Shown one piece after another: positions 1 to 10,090 of a stretch of 51,757 nucleotides of DNA. How positions within the stretch are numbered: position 1 is the stretch's first letter; the number at the start of each line of letters is the position of its first letter. Made by a program: the position numbers and the translations under genes. The notes below the pieces were generated by a model that had not been told where the DNA came from, made no database searches, and saw only the letters and a list, made by a program, of their open reading frames with translations. This stretch comes from a virus (Duplodnaviria; Caudoviricetes). Location of the stretch: IMG/VR virus record IMGVR_UViG_3300036717_000008, positions 1 through 51,757 of that record; one strand, written 5' to 3'.

Positions 1-127
1 CGGAGTCACGGAAAACGGAGGAAGACCAGACATGTCGGTCAATGCTCCTTATTCTCACGTCTTAGACTTTTTTGTGCAATCATCAGGTTTGTCGGATTTC
101 CATTTCGTGAATGGCACGAACTGGATG
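1..127. repeat. 127-bp direct terminal overlap, copy 1 (identical to 51631..51757)
   Basis: The first and last 127 nt are identical, and an open reading frame runs through the join. This fits an assembler k=127 overlap of a circular or permuted genome. Confidence 0.97.
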
Positions 128-337
128 TCGGACGTTGGTAATTTTACGAACCAGGCAAACCTGTTTATTGGGGCGTTGGTCCCTGTTGTCTGCACAAACA
201 ATCCTCCATGGTGGGGAGTATCTAATGTTTCGCTGCTCTTTCAGAGCAACAACGCCGCAAGGACAGCAGTGCCAAACGGGTATCGCATCTACTACGACGC
301 TGGTACGAATGCGCATGTTTCGGCTGTTGTGTATTGA
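2..337 (+). CDS. 3' end of the tailspike/depolymerase-like gene that starts at 50204 and spans the origin
   Basis: Position 32 equals 51662, which is in frame with ATG 50204. No stop was found on manual translation; total 587 aa. Confidence 0.85.
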   Translation, partial: GVTENGGRPDMSVNAPYSHVLDFFVQSSGLSDFHFVNGTNWMSDVGNFTNQANLFIGALVPVVCTNNPPWWGVSNVSLLFQSNNAARTAVPNGYRIYYDAGTNAHVSAVVY

Positions 338-371
338 TCCATGACCCTAACCACCGCAATACTTAAATGAT

Positions 372-596
372 ATGCAAGAATTAAAAGAACTGATTGGAGA
401 ACTAAAAGAATCATTTGGAAGATTTGATGAGCGACTTAAGAGTCTTGAAAAGGTTATACCAGAACTTACAAAAGCTATGAATGATTCTAACATTCGTAAT
501 GCAAAAAGTGATATGTTAAGTTTGATTGGTAAGACAGCATGGAATGTTGTTGTAGTAGCTATTACAGCAATTCTAACAATCAAATTTGGTCATTAA
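372..596 (+). CDS. Coiled-coil protein with C-terminal TM helix (holin/XhlA-like lysis-module protein)
   Basis: Heptad N-terminus (LKELIGELKESFGRFDERLKSLEK) and hydrophobic C-terminus (WNVVVVAITAILTI). Confidence 0.55.
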   Translation: MQELKELIGELKESFGRFDERLKSLEKVIPELTKAMNDSNIRNAKSDMLSLIGKTAWNVVVVAITAILTIKFGH

Positions 597-602
597 ATTA
601 TT

Positions 603-803
603 ATGAATAATCTACAAACTCTTTGGTCAAACCCTCATCTACGTTACCCTCTTATTGCAGCTGGTCTATTGAAGATAGCTGTAGTTTGGCTTCCAACTTA
701 CAAGGAGCAGTTGGAAGAAACAGCGCAATTGGTTATGTATTATACAATTGCTGCTGCTGCAAATAGTGCTCCTACAAACAAACAAGAAAAGAAAGAAAAC
801 TAA
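603..803 (+). CDS. Small membrane protein, holin candidate
   Basis: 66 aa with two hydrophobic segments and a charged C-terminal tail (NKQEKKEN). Confidence 0.5.
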   Translation: MNNLQTLWSNPHLRYPLIAAGLLKIAVVWLPTYKEQLEETAQLVMYYTIAAAANSAPTNKQEKKEN

Positions 804-804
804 T

Positions 805-1059
805 ATGCACTATAAAAACGGCCGCCCTGCCAACAATGGGGACAAAGTAGTTCTGCTTGGTGATCAATGGAATGCCCCAGTTGCTGGCATCCTGTATAAT
901 GCAGTTGTCGTTGACAGCAACTGCATTGGACGGATTGCACCAACTTCACCAAATGATCCATGCCCCAACCTCGCTAATTGCTTGCACGCGGATGACATTG
1001 CGCAAGCCACAAGTCAATTAGTAATCGTGCCACTTGTTACGGACAATCCGGTTTCATAA
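805..1059 (+). CDS. Hypothetical protein (MHYKNGRPANNGDKVV...)
   Basis: ATG lies 2 nt after the previous stop; Cys/His-containing, locally higher GC. Confidence 0.7.
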   Translation: MHYKNGRPANNGDKVVLLGDQWNAPVAGILYNAVVVDSNCIGRIAPTSPNDPCPNLANCLHADDIAQATSQLVIVPLVTDNPVS

Positions 1060-1070
1060 CTAAAAAACAA

Positions 1071-1454
1071 ATGAAAAAGATATTCTATTACGCCCCAATT
1101 GTACTTACTGTCATATTGACAGGATGTGCGTCTAACAGACAACAGATTGCTGAAAATGCATCTGGTGATGGTATGTTGGCTAAAGCAGCTGTTCCTATCC
1201 CATCTGTAGGGTCTATTGGATTGAGCCTTTTTGTTGGGAGATTTTCAACCAGTAGTGCTATCAATCCCACCTCAACTAATACTCTTCATGCTGCTAGTAT
1301 TAGCTTTACTGGATATGGCCGTGGTAAACAATCTGTAATTGGATCTATTACTAATGGCGCTGGTATTGGAGATGCATCTGTTGATGTCAGTTCTACCAGT
1401 CTTGGTGAGACTAGTGTTACTAATACTAACATCAGTTCTATAGGTCACAACTAA
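1071..1454 (+). CDS. Lipoprotein
   Basis: MKK + hydrophobic core + lipobox LTGC. Confidence 0.75.
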   Translation: MKKIFYYAPIVLTVILTGCASNRQQIAENASGDGMLAKAAVPIPSVGSIGLSLFVGRFSTSSAINPTSTNTLHAASISFTGYGRGKQSVIGSITNGAGIGDASVDVSSTSLGETSVTNTNISSIGHN

Positions 1455-1468
1455 TTAAGGGCGCGCCT

Positions 1469-1515
1469 GTGTGTTGAGTGGCTTTAGTATTTTCTCCATT
1501 CAACACACGAATTTG
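1469..1515 (+). terminator. Stem-loop, possible terminator or processing site
   Basis: GTGTGTTGAGTGG...CCATTCAACACAC inverted repeat followed by GAATTT. Confidence 0.4.
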
Positions 1516-1543
1516 GTGGGGAATGAAAATACAAACTAATTTT

Positions 1544-1948
1544 ATGAATTACGGATTTAAAGATACCAAGTTTGAAGTAGAGACAGAAGATGGACGTAAT
1601 TTTGTCATCATTAAAGATGCTGATTATGTATCTAAGAAAGGTATTATATACCGTATTCCAATTGGTGCAACTACTGATGGCGCATCAACTCCTCAGGTCA
1701 GCTGGAACTTAATTCCACCTTTTGGTAAGTACTGGAAAGCAGCTGTATTACATGATGCTGCCTATCGTAATAGTTTGTTAGTTTGGAATGGCACGGTATT
1801 TGCTAAAGCTAACTTAGGATTTGAGGATTCTAATGATTTAATTCTTGAAGCTATGCAATCATGTGGTGTCAATGAAGTAGAGTGTTACACAATTTATGAA
1901 GCTGTTGCTACCTGTGGTAAACTGTCATTTATAAAAGATAGAAACTAA
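1544..1948 (+). CDS. DUF1353 family protein (start could be 1523)
   Basis: Motifs IPIGATTDGASTP and YWKAAVLHDAAY are typical of DUF1353. Confidence 0.8.
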   Translation: MNYGFKDTKFEVETEDGRNFVIIKDADYVSKKGIIYRIPIGATTDGASTPQVSWNLIPPFGKYWKAAVLHDAAYRNSLLVWNGTVFAKANLGFEDSNDLILEAMQSCGVNEVECYTIYEAVATCGKLSFIKDRN

Positions 1949-1950
1949 TT

Positions 1951-3174
1951 ATGGCATATCCATTAGTTCCTCCTCCTGCTGGTGATGTTGGTGCCTTAAC
2001 TTGGCCTAGACAGTTACAGCGATGGCTTGATGATAATCCTGTTGGACCATTAACAAGGATTAGTACATACATTGTATTACCTGCCTTTACTCAGGCTTCT
2101 AATACTTGGAATGGATATTCTGACATTGTTGTAGCATTTAATTTTGAAGGACCAAATCACTTTAGCCTTAAAGGTTTTGTTGCTCCTATTACACCCAATT
2201 ATTCCTTATGTATATCTTATCAGGTACAAGGGGTTGTAACACGTTACTCACTGTGGAGAGCTGTGGGGGATAATATTCCAGGGCCAGTAATACCATATGT
2301 CAATCAATATATTGATCCCAATTTTAGACTTGAGATATGGAATACCTCACAAGGTGTAGCATCACAAGCCTCATCATTTACCTTTTACACTGGAAAATTG
2401 GGTGGAATTGATTATAGATGGGGAGCTGATACTACATTAGTTGGCAGTGATGTGCCTGTTACTAATTTTGAGAATATCAATAGTGCAGCTACTTTTCCTG
2501 TTGCCAATTTGATGTTTAATTTTCAGCCAACATCTGGAATGGTACTATCAGGACAACAGGTAGTGACATGGACAGATAGTGTTACTGGATGTGTGTTATA
2601 TGCAACACCTAGTGCATCAACATATTTTGTACAAGTAGCAGACCCAGTTTTTAATAGACTTGTTTTAGGTGTTACTGGCGGAGGACCAGACACTTTAATC
2701 GGTGCTGGATTAGGAAATACTGGAACAGTAGCAGTTGTATTTGGATTATCTACAATAGGTAGTAGCGGTACTCCTATTATAGCAGCATCTGATACAGGTG
2801 TTACATTAAGTTTTGATATCGCAACTGGAAAATTTCATGCCTTTGGTGGAGTTGGGTCTGTAAATTTTAATTTTTCCATCATCATATTTTTAGCTATTCT
2901 TAATCCTACTACATTTACTGCCTATATCTACAATATACAAACTGGTGCATTGGTAGATACTGTTGTAGGTTCAGGATTAAGTTCTAGTGGTCCAGTTGAA
3001 TTGGGGCCCTGTGGATGTTTTATTTATGAAGCAGAATTCTATTCTACAACTATTTCGTTAGGTGAACAAACTCAATTACAAGCCTATCTTGCTGCTAAAT
3101 ATTTAGCATCAGGATTAGCTTATATGTCAGTTCCAATAACTTTTCCAGCTAATTCAATCTCAGTAACCAATTAA
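1951..3174 (+). CDS. Tail fibre/receptor-binding protein, possible LamG-like beta-sandwich C-terminal domain
   Basis: Beta-rich 407 aa in the tail module; V.TWTD..G and IYEAEFYSTTIS..E..QLQAYLAAKY patterns. Confidence 0.55.
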   Translation: MAYPLVPPPAGDVGALTWPRQLQRWLDDNPVGPLTRISTYIVLPAFTQASNTWNGYSDIVVAFNFEGPNHFSLKGFVAPITPNYSLCISYQVQGVVTRYSLWRAVGDNIPGPVIPYVNQYIDPNFRLEIWNTSQGVASQASSFTFYTGKLGGIDYRWGADTTLVGSDVPVTNFENINSAATFPVANLMFNFQPTSGMVLSGQQVVTWTDSVTGCVLYATPSASTYFVQVADPVFNRLVLGVTGGGPDTLIGAGLGNTGTVAVVFGLSTIGSSGTPIIAASDTGVTLSFDIATGKFHAFGGVGSVNFNFSIIIFLAILNPTTFTAYIYNIQTGALVDTVVGSGLSSSGPVELGPCGCFIYEAEFYSTTISLGEQTQLQAYLAAKYLASGLAYMSVPITFPANSISVTN

Positions 3175-3180
3175 TTATTT

Positions 3181-4398
3181 ATGTCAACACCATCAATTTT
3201 TACTGCAGGATTAGATCCTACAGGATTTACTCAAATAACAGGCGCTCAGTTAAAACAGCTTATAGCCTCCGCTCAATTTGCATCAGGTATTGGAGGAATT
3301 ATAGTTACAGTTGATAGTGGAGTTGTGCCGGTATTACCTGACACTACTGACTATCCAACATTCGAGAATTTCATATGGTTGCGTGTTGCTACTACTTATG
3401 GTGCAACAGTGATTCTTTATACATGGAACCCTAATGCAACATACATTCTATCCTATAGTACTGGTAACATAACTACTAATTGGACTCCTGCATTTATTGG
3501 TGCTATTCCTCCACAGTCTATTTTAGGTAGTCAGATTGCTAATGGTACTATTACAGCTACTCAGGTTAATATAGCTAACTTGTTAACAGCAATGGGTCTA
3601 ACACCATCTAGCTATATTACCACTGCTACTACTCCAACAGGAGGTCAGATTGGTGGATCATATGGAGCAGGGTTAACTCTCAATAATAATACTGTTACCT
3701 CAGCTGAAATTGCAGTTGATGGTGTTAATGGTATTCAGACTGCTAACATTAATGCTAAACAGGTTACTGCTGCTAAGATGTTGGGTGGTACCATAAATCA
3801 GATATTAGCTACCACTGATGGAGCTAATTCTGCTGCTTGGGTTGCAGGTAATACTGTTGGTGCTAGAATACTACAACAGATTGTTTATTATGATTCCTCT
3901 ATATTAACTGACACTAACCACCTTGCTGTAACATCACTACCTCAATTTAGCGCAGCTGGTACACTGTATGGATCTGCTGGTACACCTGGCGGTACATCAG
4001 CATATCCTCCCAGTAACACTGGATTAATTGCACCTATAACCCCCAAGAATGCAGCTTCTACAATTCGAGTTAGAGCTTGTGTAAAGTTGGGTGTTAGTGC
4101 TGCTGATTGGCAGTCATTAGCTTTATTTGTTGATACCAGTGGTGCAAAATTTACTGGATTTTCTGCGTCAACTGTTGCAAAAGCAGCCACATCACAGTAT
4201 AATGGCCCAACTGGTATTATGGAAATTACTCTTATGTATGAAATGACATCAGGTCAAACTACTGAGATTGATTTTGGTCTTAGATTTGGTGGTATCACTA
4301 ATACTTGCTATACTAATAAAGATAATACAAAAGCATCTTTCTTTGGTGGCTCGGGAACTGGTATGTATGGTTGGATTGAGTTAACTGAATACATCTAA
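3181..4398 (+). CDS. Tail fibre protein
   Basis: G/T/A-rich with repeats such as IANGTITATQV, NNTVTSAEIA and AKQVTAAKM; C-terminal RILQQIVY...ITPKNAASTIRV knob-like region. Confidence 0.65.
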   Translation: MSTPSIFTAGLDPTGFTQITGAQLKQLIASAQFASGIGGIIVTVDSGVVPVLPDTTDYPTFENFIWLRVATTYGATVILYTWNPNATYILSYSTGNITTNWTPAFIGAIPPQSILGSQIANGTITATQVNIANLLTAMGLTPSSYITTATTPTGGQIGGSYGAGLTLNNNTVTSAEIAVDGVNGIQTANINAKQVTAAKMLGGTINQILATTDGANSAAWVAGNTVGARILQQIVYYDSSILTDTNHLAVTSLPQFSAAGTLYGSAGTPGGTSAYPPSNTGLIAPITPKNAASTIRVRACVKLGVSAADWQSLALFVDTSGAKFTGFSASTVAKAATSQYNGPTGIMEITLMYEMTSGQTTEIDFGLRFGGITNTCYTNKDNTKASFFGGSGTGMYGWIELTEYI

Positions 4399-4403
4399 TA
4401 GTA

Positions 4404-6176
4404 ATGGAATATAATCAAGAGTCATTCATCGGTGGAATGAATTTGTTGCTAGATGATACACGTCTAGCCAATTTCAGTAGGTGGAGTTATAATCAGGCTC
4501 TATCTAATAACCAGTATCGACTACTGTTGAACGGTCGTAATCGTTATGATGAGATTGATTCTATAGCCTCCTCAGTATTAGACATTTCATTACCAGCCGG
4601 TGTGATTCAAGAGATTACCACCTTTGGTAATTTTGTAATAGCATTTGTATCAGGATCATGCTATTACCGGCTATATAATGGTCTATTCTGGAATCAAGTA
4701 GATGCATTTAGCATGAGTGCCTCTGCTCCAAGATACTGGACCGTATCAGTACCACTTGCTACTACTAACTATGGACGTGCCTCTATATTACAGGCTAATA
4801 CAGTATTAGTATCAGGAGCTACAAATGTGGCACCAGCTAATACTGGTATATTACAGATTCAAAGTCTAGCTGCATCATTCTCCGGTAATGTACCTGGATT
4901 ACTGGTACAAGATGGTATCAATCAACCAACATTCATTTATATAGATAACTATGGAAATGTTCAAGCTCGTGTAACACAAAACTATAATCAGTGGAATGCT
5001 GTATATGGATTAACACCATCTAATTATGGTGTGTTGTTAACTGACAATCGTGAATATGTACCTATTGGTACTACGATGGCCTACACCTCAGATGGTAAGT
5101 TATTTATAGCATCAACTGATGGAGTTAGTATATTGCAGTCAGTTTCGGGGCGCCCCTTGGATTTTGTCATAAATGTTAATGTTGATGGTTCTAAAGGTGG
5201 AAATGCTTATACAACATCATACAGTGTTGGAGTTGGACCTATTGCTTGTCTTAGACCAATATCTACTGGTGGTCTGTTTGTAGCAGCAGCTAATAGCAAT
5301 TTTACTGTCACTCTTAACAAAACTCCAGGTGCACCAACTCAGTTTGGAGAGTATACGTTCATTAGAACATTCCTATTTGAATCTACCTGTCTGAGTGATA
5401 GATGTATTATGGATTCGTTAGGTGATACGAGATTTATAGATTTGACAGGAGTTAGATCTTTTAATGCCATTGAGCAGTCATTAAATGAGGGTCGTAATAG
5501 TGTTTTCACGTCAACTATTGCTAAAGCATTTCAGGGTATAGTACAAGATGTAGCAGCAGCTATATTCTATGATAACTATGAGTACTATGGAGTCAATACA
5601 ATCTTTGGTCCAGCTATAGCCATCTATGATACAATCAATAATAATTGGGTAGGATTTGATGTGTTGCAAACTGGTGGTAAAAAGATTAAGGCATTCGCTA
5701 AAATTGAGCTAGCAATTCAAGCCTTATTTGCCATCACTGAGGATGATCAATTATACCAGTTGTATGCCTCCACTATCAATGAGGATTTACCTACAATTCG
5801 ATTAGCTGGATTGTGTACAATGGATCCTCGTAAAGAGCAGAGTGTTATTAATACGAGAGTGATATTAACCAACATCACACAAGACTATTCTGTTACTGCG
5901 TCACTGTTTGTCAATAATAGGTTTGTTACATCTCGTCAACAAAATTTTAAGTACGTCCCTGCTCCTAATCCTTATACTGGCATATCTCTTGGACCTGATA
6001 TTGGAACACAGACCAATAACATACTATTCACCTTCCCGAACTCTCAACAAGGGTGGAAAGCATTTATAGTATTAAGCTGGACTGGTGGTGGATCATTAGT
6101 ATCTACATCAGTTAGTACTGAAGACTTAATGCCTATGCAACCCCCTACAACTCAATCTGTCGTAAATCAAAGCTAA
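4404..6176 (+). CDS. Tail nozzle/tubular protein B-like
   Basis: 590 aa, beta-rich, N-terminal SFIGGMN pattern, located before the adaptor and internal virion genes. Confidence 0.55.
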   Translation: MEYNQESFIGGMNLLLDDTRLANFSRWSYNQALSNNQYRLLLNGRNRYDEIDSIASSVLDISLPAGVIQEITTFGNFVIAFVSGSCYYRLYNGLFWNQVDAFSMSASAPRYWTVSVPLATTNYGRASILQANTVLVSGATNVAPANTGILQIQSLAASFSGNVPGLLVQDGINQPTFIYIDNYGNVQARVTQNYNQWNAVYGLTPSNYGVLLTDNREYVPIGTTMAYTSDGKLFIASTDGVSILQSVSGRPLDFVINVNVDGSKGGNAYTTSYSVGVGPIACLRPISTGGLFVAAANSNFTVTLNKTPGAPTQFGEYTFIRTFLFESTCLSDRCIMDSLGDTRFIDLTGVRSFNAIEQSLNEGRNSVFTSTIAKAFQGIVQDVAAAIFYDNYEYYGVNTIFGPAIAIYDTINNNWVGFDVLQTGGKKIKAFAKIELAIQALFAITEDDQLYQLYASTINEDLPTIRLAGLCTMDPRKEQSVINTRVILTNITQDYSVTASLFVNNRFVTSRQQNFKYVPAPNPYTGISLGPDIGTQTNNILFTFPNSQQGWKAFIVLSWTGGGSLVSTSVSTEDLMPMQPPTTQSVVNQS

Positions 6177-7150
6177 TGAGCACTAAATATATACTGGAAT
6201 TAGTTGGATACAAAACCTCTCTTAATCCGGCTGTTGGACAGGATAGAGCAATCTTATTGCGGTATCTTAATCAGGCCGCTAAAGAATTGTACCATATGTC
6301 TGATATGGCAGGATGTCTTGATGAACAACTATTTAAGGTTAACTCAAATCAGACAATTGCCCTTCCTGATACTGTTGGACAGATTAGAGCTATGCGTGAA
6401 GCTTATAATCACACTGCTATAAGCTTACAACAGATGCGACCTTACTATAACCAATTTAACTGGGAATCAGAATGGAAAGCTTGGAGATTGAAAGGTTTAC
6501 ATCCATTACAAACTACTCTCACTAACCAATCTAACATTGTACTATCAGTTAAAGCTGTTGAGGCTAATCCTATAGTAGTTAGTATTGCTGGACCATCTGA
6601 CGGATCGTCTATGACAAGTGAAACCATCACAATGTCATCTACATCTATGACTACAGTTAATACCTATAATGACATCACAGTACTGTCAAAGTCTGGTAAT
6701 TCTCAATATGATGTGATAGTGTCAGATATTGATGGTAATCAGTTATCATACATTCCATCAAATAAAACCAAAGCTGAGTTTCAGATTGTTGATGTTTCTA
6801 CTGCTCCATGGTGGCCACCTAATCTTAATCCTCTAATTGGATGGGTTGATGTGTTGTACAAGAAAGCATTAGTTCACATGTATAATGATACTGATGAATT
6901 TGTAGCACCAGATTATGATGATGTTCTAGTCAACAAGTGTTTACAAATGTTCTATGAGGAACAAAGTAATGTTCAAGTTGCCGCTAGTTACTACCAGAAA
7001 GCTCAACAAATGCTAGCTCAGATTCATGAGGATGCTAATAGAGGAACTAATGATTGTGTAGCATTAGTTGAGTTTGGCCATGACAAAATGACACACAGGG
7101 TTGGGTATGGCAGAGATTGGCGATTTGCATATAGACTCACAGGACGATAA
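6176..7150 (+). CDS. Head-tail adaptor/tubular protein A-like
   Basis: LLRYLNQAAKELY N-terminal helix, ALPD motif, C-terminal YDDVLV...YYQKA helices; TAATG-coupled to the upstream gene. Confidence 0.55.
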   Translation: MSTKYILELVGYKTSLNPAVGQDRAILLRYLNQAAKELYHMSDMAGCLDEQLFKVNSNQTIALPDTVGQIRAMREAYNHTAISLQQMRPYYNQFNWESEWKAWRLKGLHPLQTTLTNQSNIVLSVKAVEANPIVVSIAGPSDGSSMTSETITMSSTSMTTVNTYNDITVLSKSGNSQYDVIVSDIDGNQLSYIPSNKTKAEFQIVDVSTAPWWPPNLNPLIGWVDVLYKKALVHMYNDTDEFVAPDYDDVLVNKCLQMFYEEQSNVQVAASYYQKAQQMLAQIHEDANRGTNDCVALVEFGHDKMTHRVGYGRDWRFAYRLTGR

Positions 7151-7151
7151 T

Positions 7152-7505
7152 ATGGCTACATTCCTTGATCTAATGACATTTATACTCCTCAACAGAGAAG
7201 ATAAAACTTTCATTGGCTATGATGAAGATCATATCGCTACTATGGTAGCTAAACACTTAGCTGATAACACTTGCTGGATTACACATGATTATCATGGAAA
7301 TATCACCGGCATGATAATTGCTACTCCCAATCATCAAGACAAACTTTTATTCATTGATGAGAATTTATCCATGAATACTACAAATCTATCAGCATTTGCT
7401 CGTCGCGCTAAGGAAGTATTCAAAGGTTACACACTAGAGTTTTTTAAACACGGTAAATATCATTTAGATAAAGGTAATGAATTGTATGATCGACTCACTG
7501 CATAA
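7152..7505 (+). CDS. Hypothetical protein, possibly GNAT-like as found at this position in podoviruses
   Basis: ATG 2 nt after the stop; WITHDYHGNITGMII hairpin pattern; synteny. Confidence 0.45.
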   Translation: MATFLDLMTFILLNREDKTFIGYDEDHIATMVAKHLADNTCWITHDYHGNITGMIIATPNHQDKLLFIDENLSMNTTNLSAFARRAKEVFKGYTLEFFKHGKYHLDKGNELYDRLTA

Positions 7506-8400
7506 ATTTGAATTTGAGGAAGTATTTCCAGCCTGGCGCCCCGATAAACAGCTTTACTGTTTACAAGGTGGATCTGGAAGTTCCAGCAATCAATCATCTG
7601 GACAGTCATCTAGTTCTAACACGACTACTAGTGGTCCTACATTAAGTCCTCAGGCCATATTGAATCTTTATGGTTCTGCGCTTCCATCAATGGCTACAAC
7701 TGCTACAGGAGCAGCTAATGCAGCTGCCTCACCAGCACTTAATACTGCAAATCAAGGTGCCGCAGCAGCTATTAATGCTATTAATCTTAACGGTTTATCC
7801 CCCGGTGAAAGTAATGCCATTGAGAGGTCCACTAATCAGGGTAACTCTGCCGGTGGCAATTTAGGGTTGAACAACCCATCTAACACAATATCCAATGCTA
7901 TGAATTTTGGTGGGGCATTTAATAGTAAGATTGGTCTAATGGATAATGCTGTCAATGCTGCTACAGGAGCAGCTAATGCTAGTACAAGCAATCTTTCTGC
8001 AATTGCTAATCTATTTAATCCAGTCGGCAACGCAGCTTCTGCAACTACGCTTAACTCTCTCTCTAAGTCATTTGGCACTAATTCTGGTTCAGGTGGATCT
8101 AGTAATATGTCAGCTGGTATCTGTTTCTTAACTACAGCTTGCTGTGAACATAAAGGTTTACCAGATGATTGTGAGGAATTGACTATTCTGAGAAATTTTC
8201 GTGATACATTTGTACCCAAAGATCTAATTGAGGAATACTATCGTATAGCTCCCAATATCTGTGTAAAACTGCAAGGAGATCGTGATACACTTGATAAGGT
8301 CTATAATGCAGTGAGATCCTGTGTAGAAGATATTAAAGCTAACCGTAAATGGTCAGCATTGATTAAATATCGTAATATGGTTAATGCATTAAAGAATTAA
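7477..8400 (+). CDS. Internal virion (ejection) protein with C-terminal CFI-box-CTERM-like domain
   Basis: GGSGSSS/Ala-Asn-rich body, then GICFLTTACC...DDCEELTILRNFRD...EEYYRIAP. Confidence 0.7.
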   Translation: MNCMIDSLHKFEFEEVFPAWRPDKQLYCLQGGSGSSSNQSSGQSSSSNTTTSGPTLSPQAILNLYGSALPSMATTATGAANAAASPALNTANQGAAAAINAINLNGLSPGESNAIERSTNQGNSAGGNLGLNNPSNTISNAMNFGGAFNSKIGLMDNAVNAATGAANASTSNLSAIANLFNPVGNAASATTLNSLSKSFGTNSGSGGSSNMSAGICFLTTACCEHKGLPDDCEELTILRNFRDTFVPKDLIEEYYRIAPNICVKLQGDRDTLDKVYNAVRSCVEDIKANRKWSALIKYRNMVNALKN

Positions 8401-8404
8401 TACT

Positions 8405-8770
8405 ATGTTAGGAATATCTTCTGATGACTGGGATAATCTTGGTGATAACGCTAAGAATAATTGGAATAAGACTATGAATGATGCATCTAATGGAAGTATT
8501 ATGAAGACTGCTGGAGATGTATACAAATTGAAGAATAACCCTTTTGGTGGGTCATCTAATAGCTCTTCTCCTAATTTACAACCGGCACATTTGGAAGAGC
8601 CAGATGAGAATGGTTACCAAAAGATTAATGATGCCGGGTTACAACATTTACAAGCACAGGCTGCTCAAGCTCAAATACCTGATATGCCAGCTAATAATAC
8701 CCCTGACATGAGTCAAACAACTAAACAAGGCAACCCAGGATTAGTGGGTTCATTACTTGCTGCTATATAA
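8405..8770 (+). CDS. Internal virion protein candidate
   Basis: Low-complexity N/Q/P sequence ending GLVGSLLAAI; synteny. Confidence 0.5.
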   Translation: MLGISSDDWDNLGDNAKNNWNKTMNDASNGSIMKTAGDVYKLKNNPFGGSSNSSSPNLQPAHLEEPDENGYQKINDAGLQHLQAQAAQAQIPDMPANNTPDMSQTTKQGNPGLVGSLLAAI

Positions 8771-8774
8771 TATT

Positions 8775-10088
8775 ATGGGATATCTAGGCGCAATAATTGG
8801 TGAAAATGTCCTGAATACCCTTTCAGGATATAATCCTACTATAGATTCATCTGTTCAACAGGCTAGTCATTGGAAAGATGGCAAGTACTATACTGATACT
8901 GGGGATGGTACAATGGATGAAGTTCCATCGCCATTCTTTAAGACAAATGATGATGGTTCTTATGCTAAGGCTGCTGGACCATATAATGAACCATCAACTT
9001 GGCAAAAGTTAATATCTACTCGTGCCAATAAGTACGCTGATATTAATGCTCAAGATCAGGCATCATTATTTAATGCTGGCATGGCAGAAAATGCAAGGAT
9101 GCAAACTCCATCTTATGCAGGTACACAACATTATGCTCAAGGGTTAGATCAGAACAATAACCAATTTAATACTGGTGCTCTAGTTGGACAAACTGGTCTT
9201 GCTACTGCTAATACAGGATTATCTGCTGCTCAGTCTGCACAAGCTAGACAGCCTACCATTAATGCAACCAGTGATGCTAATGCCAATTCTGAGAAGTTTC
9301 GTGCATTACATATTACACCAGATGAATATCAATTAGCATCTCAAACTGCTGCTAAACAATTGGGTCGATTTGGTACAGATGATGAGATCTTGAATATTAT
9401 TCAAAATACTCGTTTACAGCAAGCTCAAGCTGAAAACAAGGCTGCACCATACAATGCCTCATCTTTAGTTGGTCAAGCTCAATTTGGTGCTAATGCAACC
9501 GCTGGTGAATTGGCTCGTCAACCACTTGGTGAGAATGCTCGTATGTCAGAAGCCATAGGTGAAGCCTATCTAGCTCAACATCCTCATATATCTAGTCCTA
9601 CAGTATTTGATGCGACCATTGATCCTGATGCTGGTACTATAACAACAGGTAGAGCAAGTCCTCAACAGACAATACTTGGTAAGGTATCTAATGGACTAGG
9701 TCAATCTTCTGACCCAACTACAGTATCTATTGGTGGTAAATCTGTTGCTATTCCTCCTGAACCTACACAACAGTCAGGCGATGATTCTAATGCCGTTGAT
9801 CCTCTTCATAAACATGCTATGGATCTTCATAAAGCTAAAGGTGATGCAGATGCAGCTGGAATTAAAGCTCGCAAAGCTGCCATTGATGCTCAAGCTAAAC
9901 AACAGTCATTAAACCATTTAATTGGAACTACTCATTTAATGGACCCGTCTAATGCACAAGACATAATCAATAATTATGTTCGTCCACGATCCATCTTAAA
10001 TAAAGCATCTCAGGAGGATGAAGATTACTATAAACAACAGATGAGTCCTTTAATTGGGCGCCCCAGCATGTCTCCTAATACTTATTAA
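8775..10088 (+). CDS. Internal virion protein candidate
   Basis: A/Q-rich helical protein between ejection genes. Confidence 0.55.
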   Translation: MGYLGAIIGENVLNTLSGYNPTIDSSVQQASHWKDGKYYTDTGDGTMDEVPSPFFKTNDDGSYAKAAGPYNEPSTWQKLISTRANKYADINAQDQASLFNAGMAENARMQTPSYAGTQHYAQGLDQNNNQFNTGALVGQTGLATANTGLSAAQSAQARQPTINATSDANANSEKFRALHITPDEYQLASQTAAKQLGRFGTDDEILNIIQNTRLQQAQAENKAAPYNASSLVGQAQFGANATAGELARQPLGENARMSEAIGEAYLAQHPHISSPTVFDATIDPDAGTITTGRASPQQTILGKVSNGLGQSSDPTTVSIGGKSVAIPPEPTQQSGDDSNAVDPLHKHAMDLHKAKGDADAAGIKARKAAIDAQAKQQSLNHLIGTTHLMDPSNAQDIINNYVRPRSILNKASQEDEDYYKQQMSPLIGRPSMSPNTY

Positions 10089-10090
10089 GT

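Noticed and set aside
1-127. Terminal repeat as a biological DTR
   Set aside because: The length equals a common assembler k-mer and it falls mid-gene.
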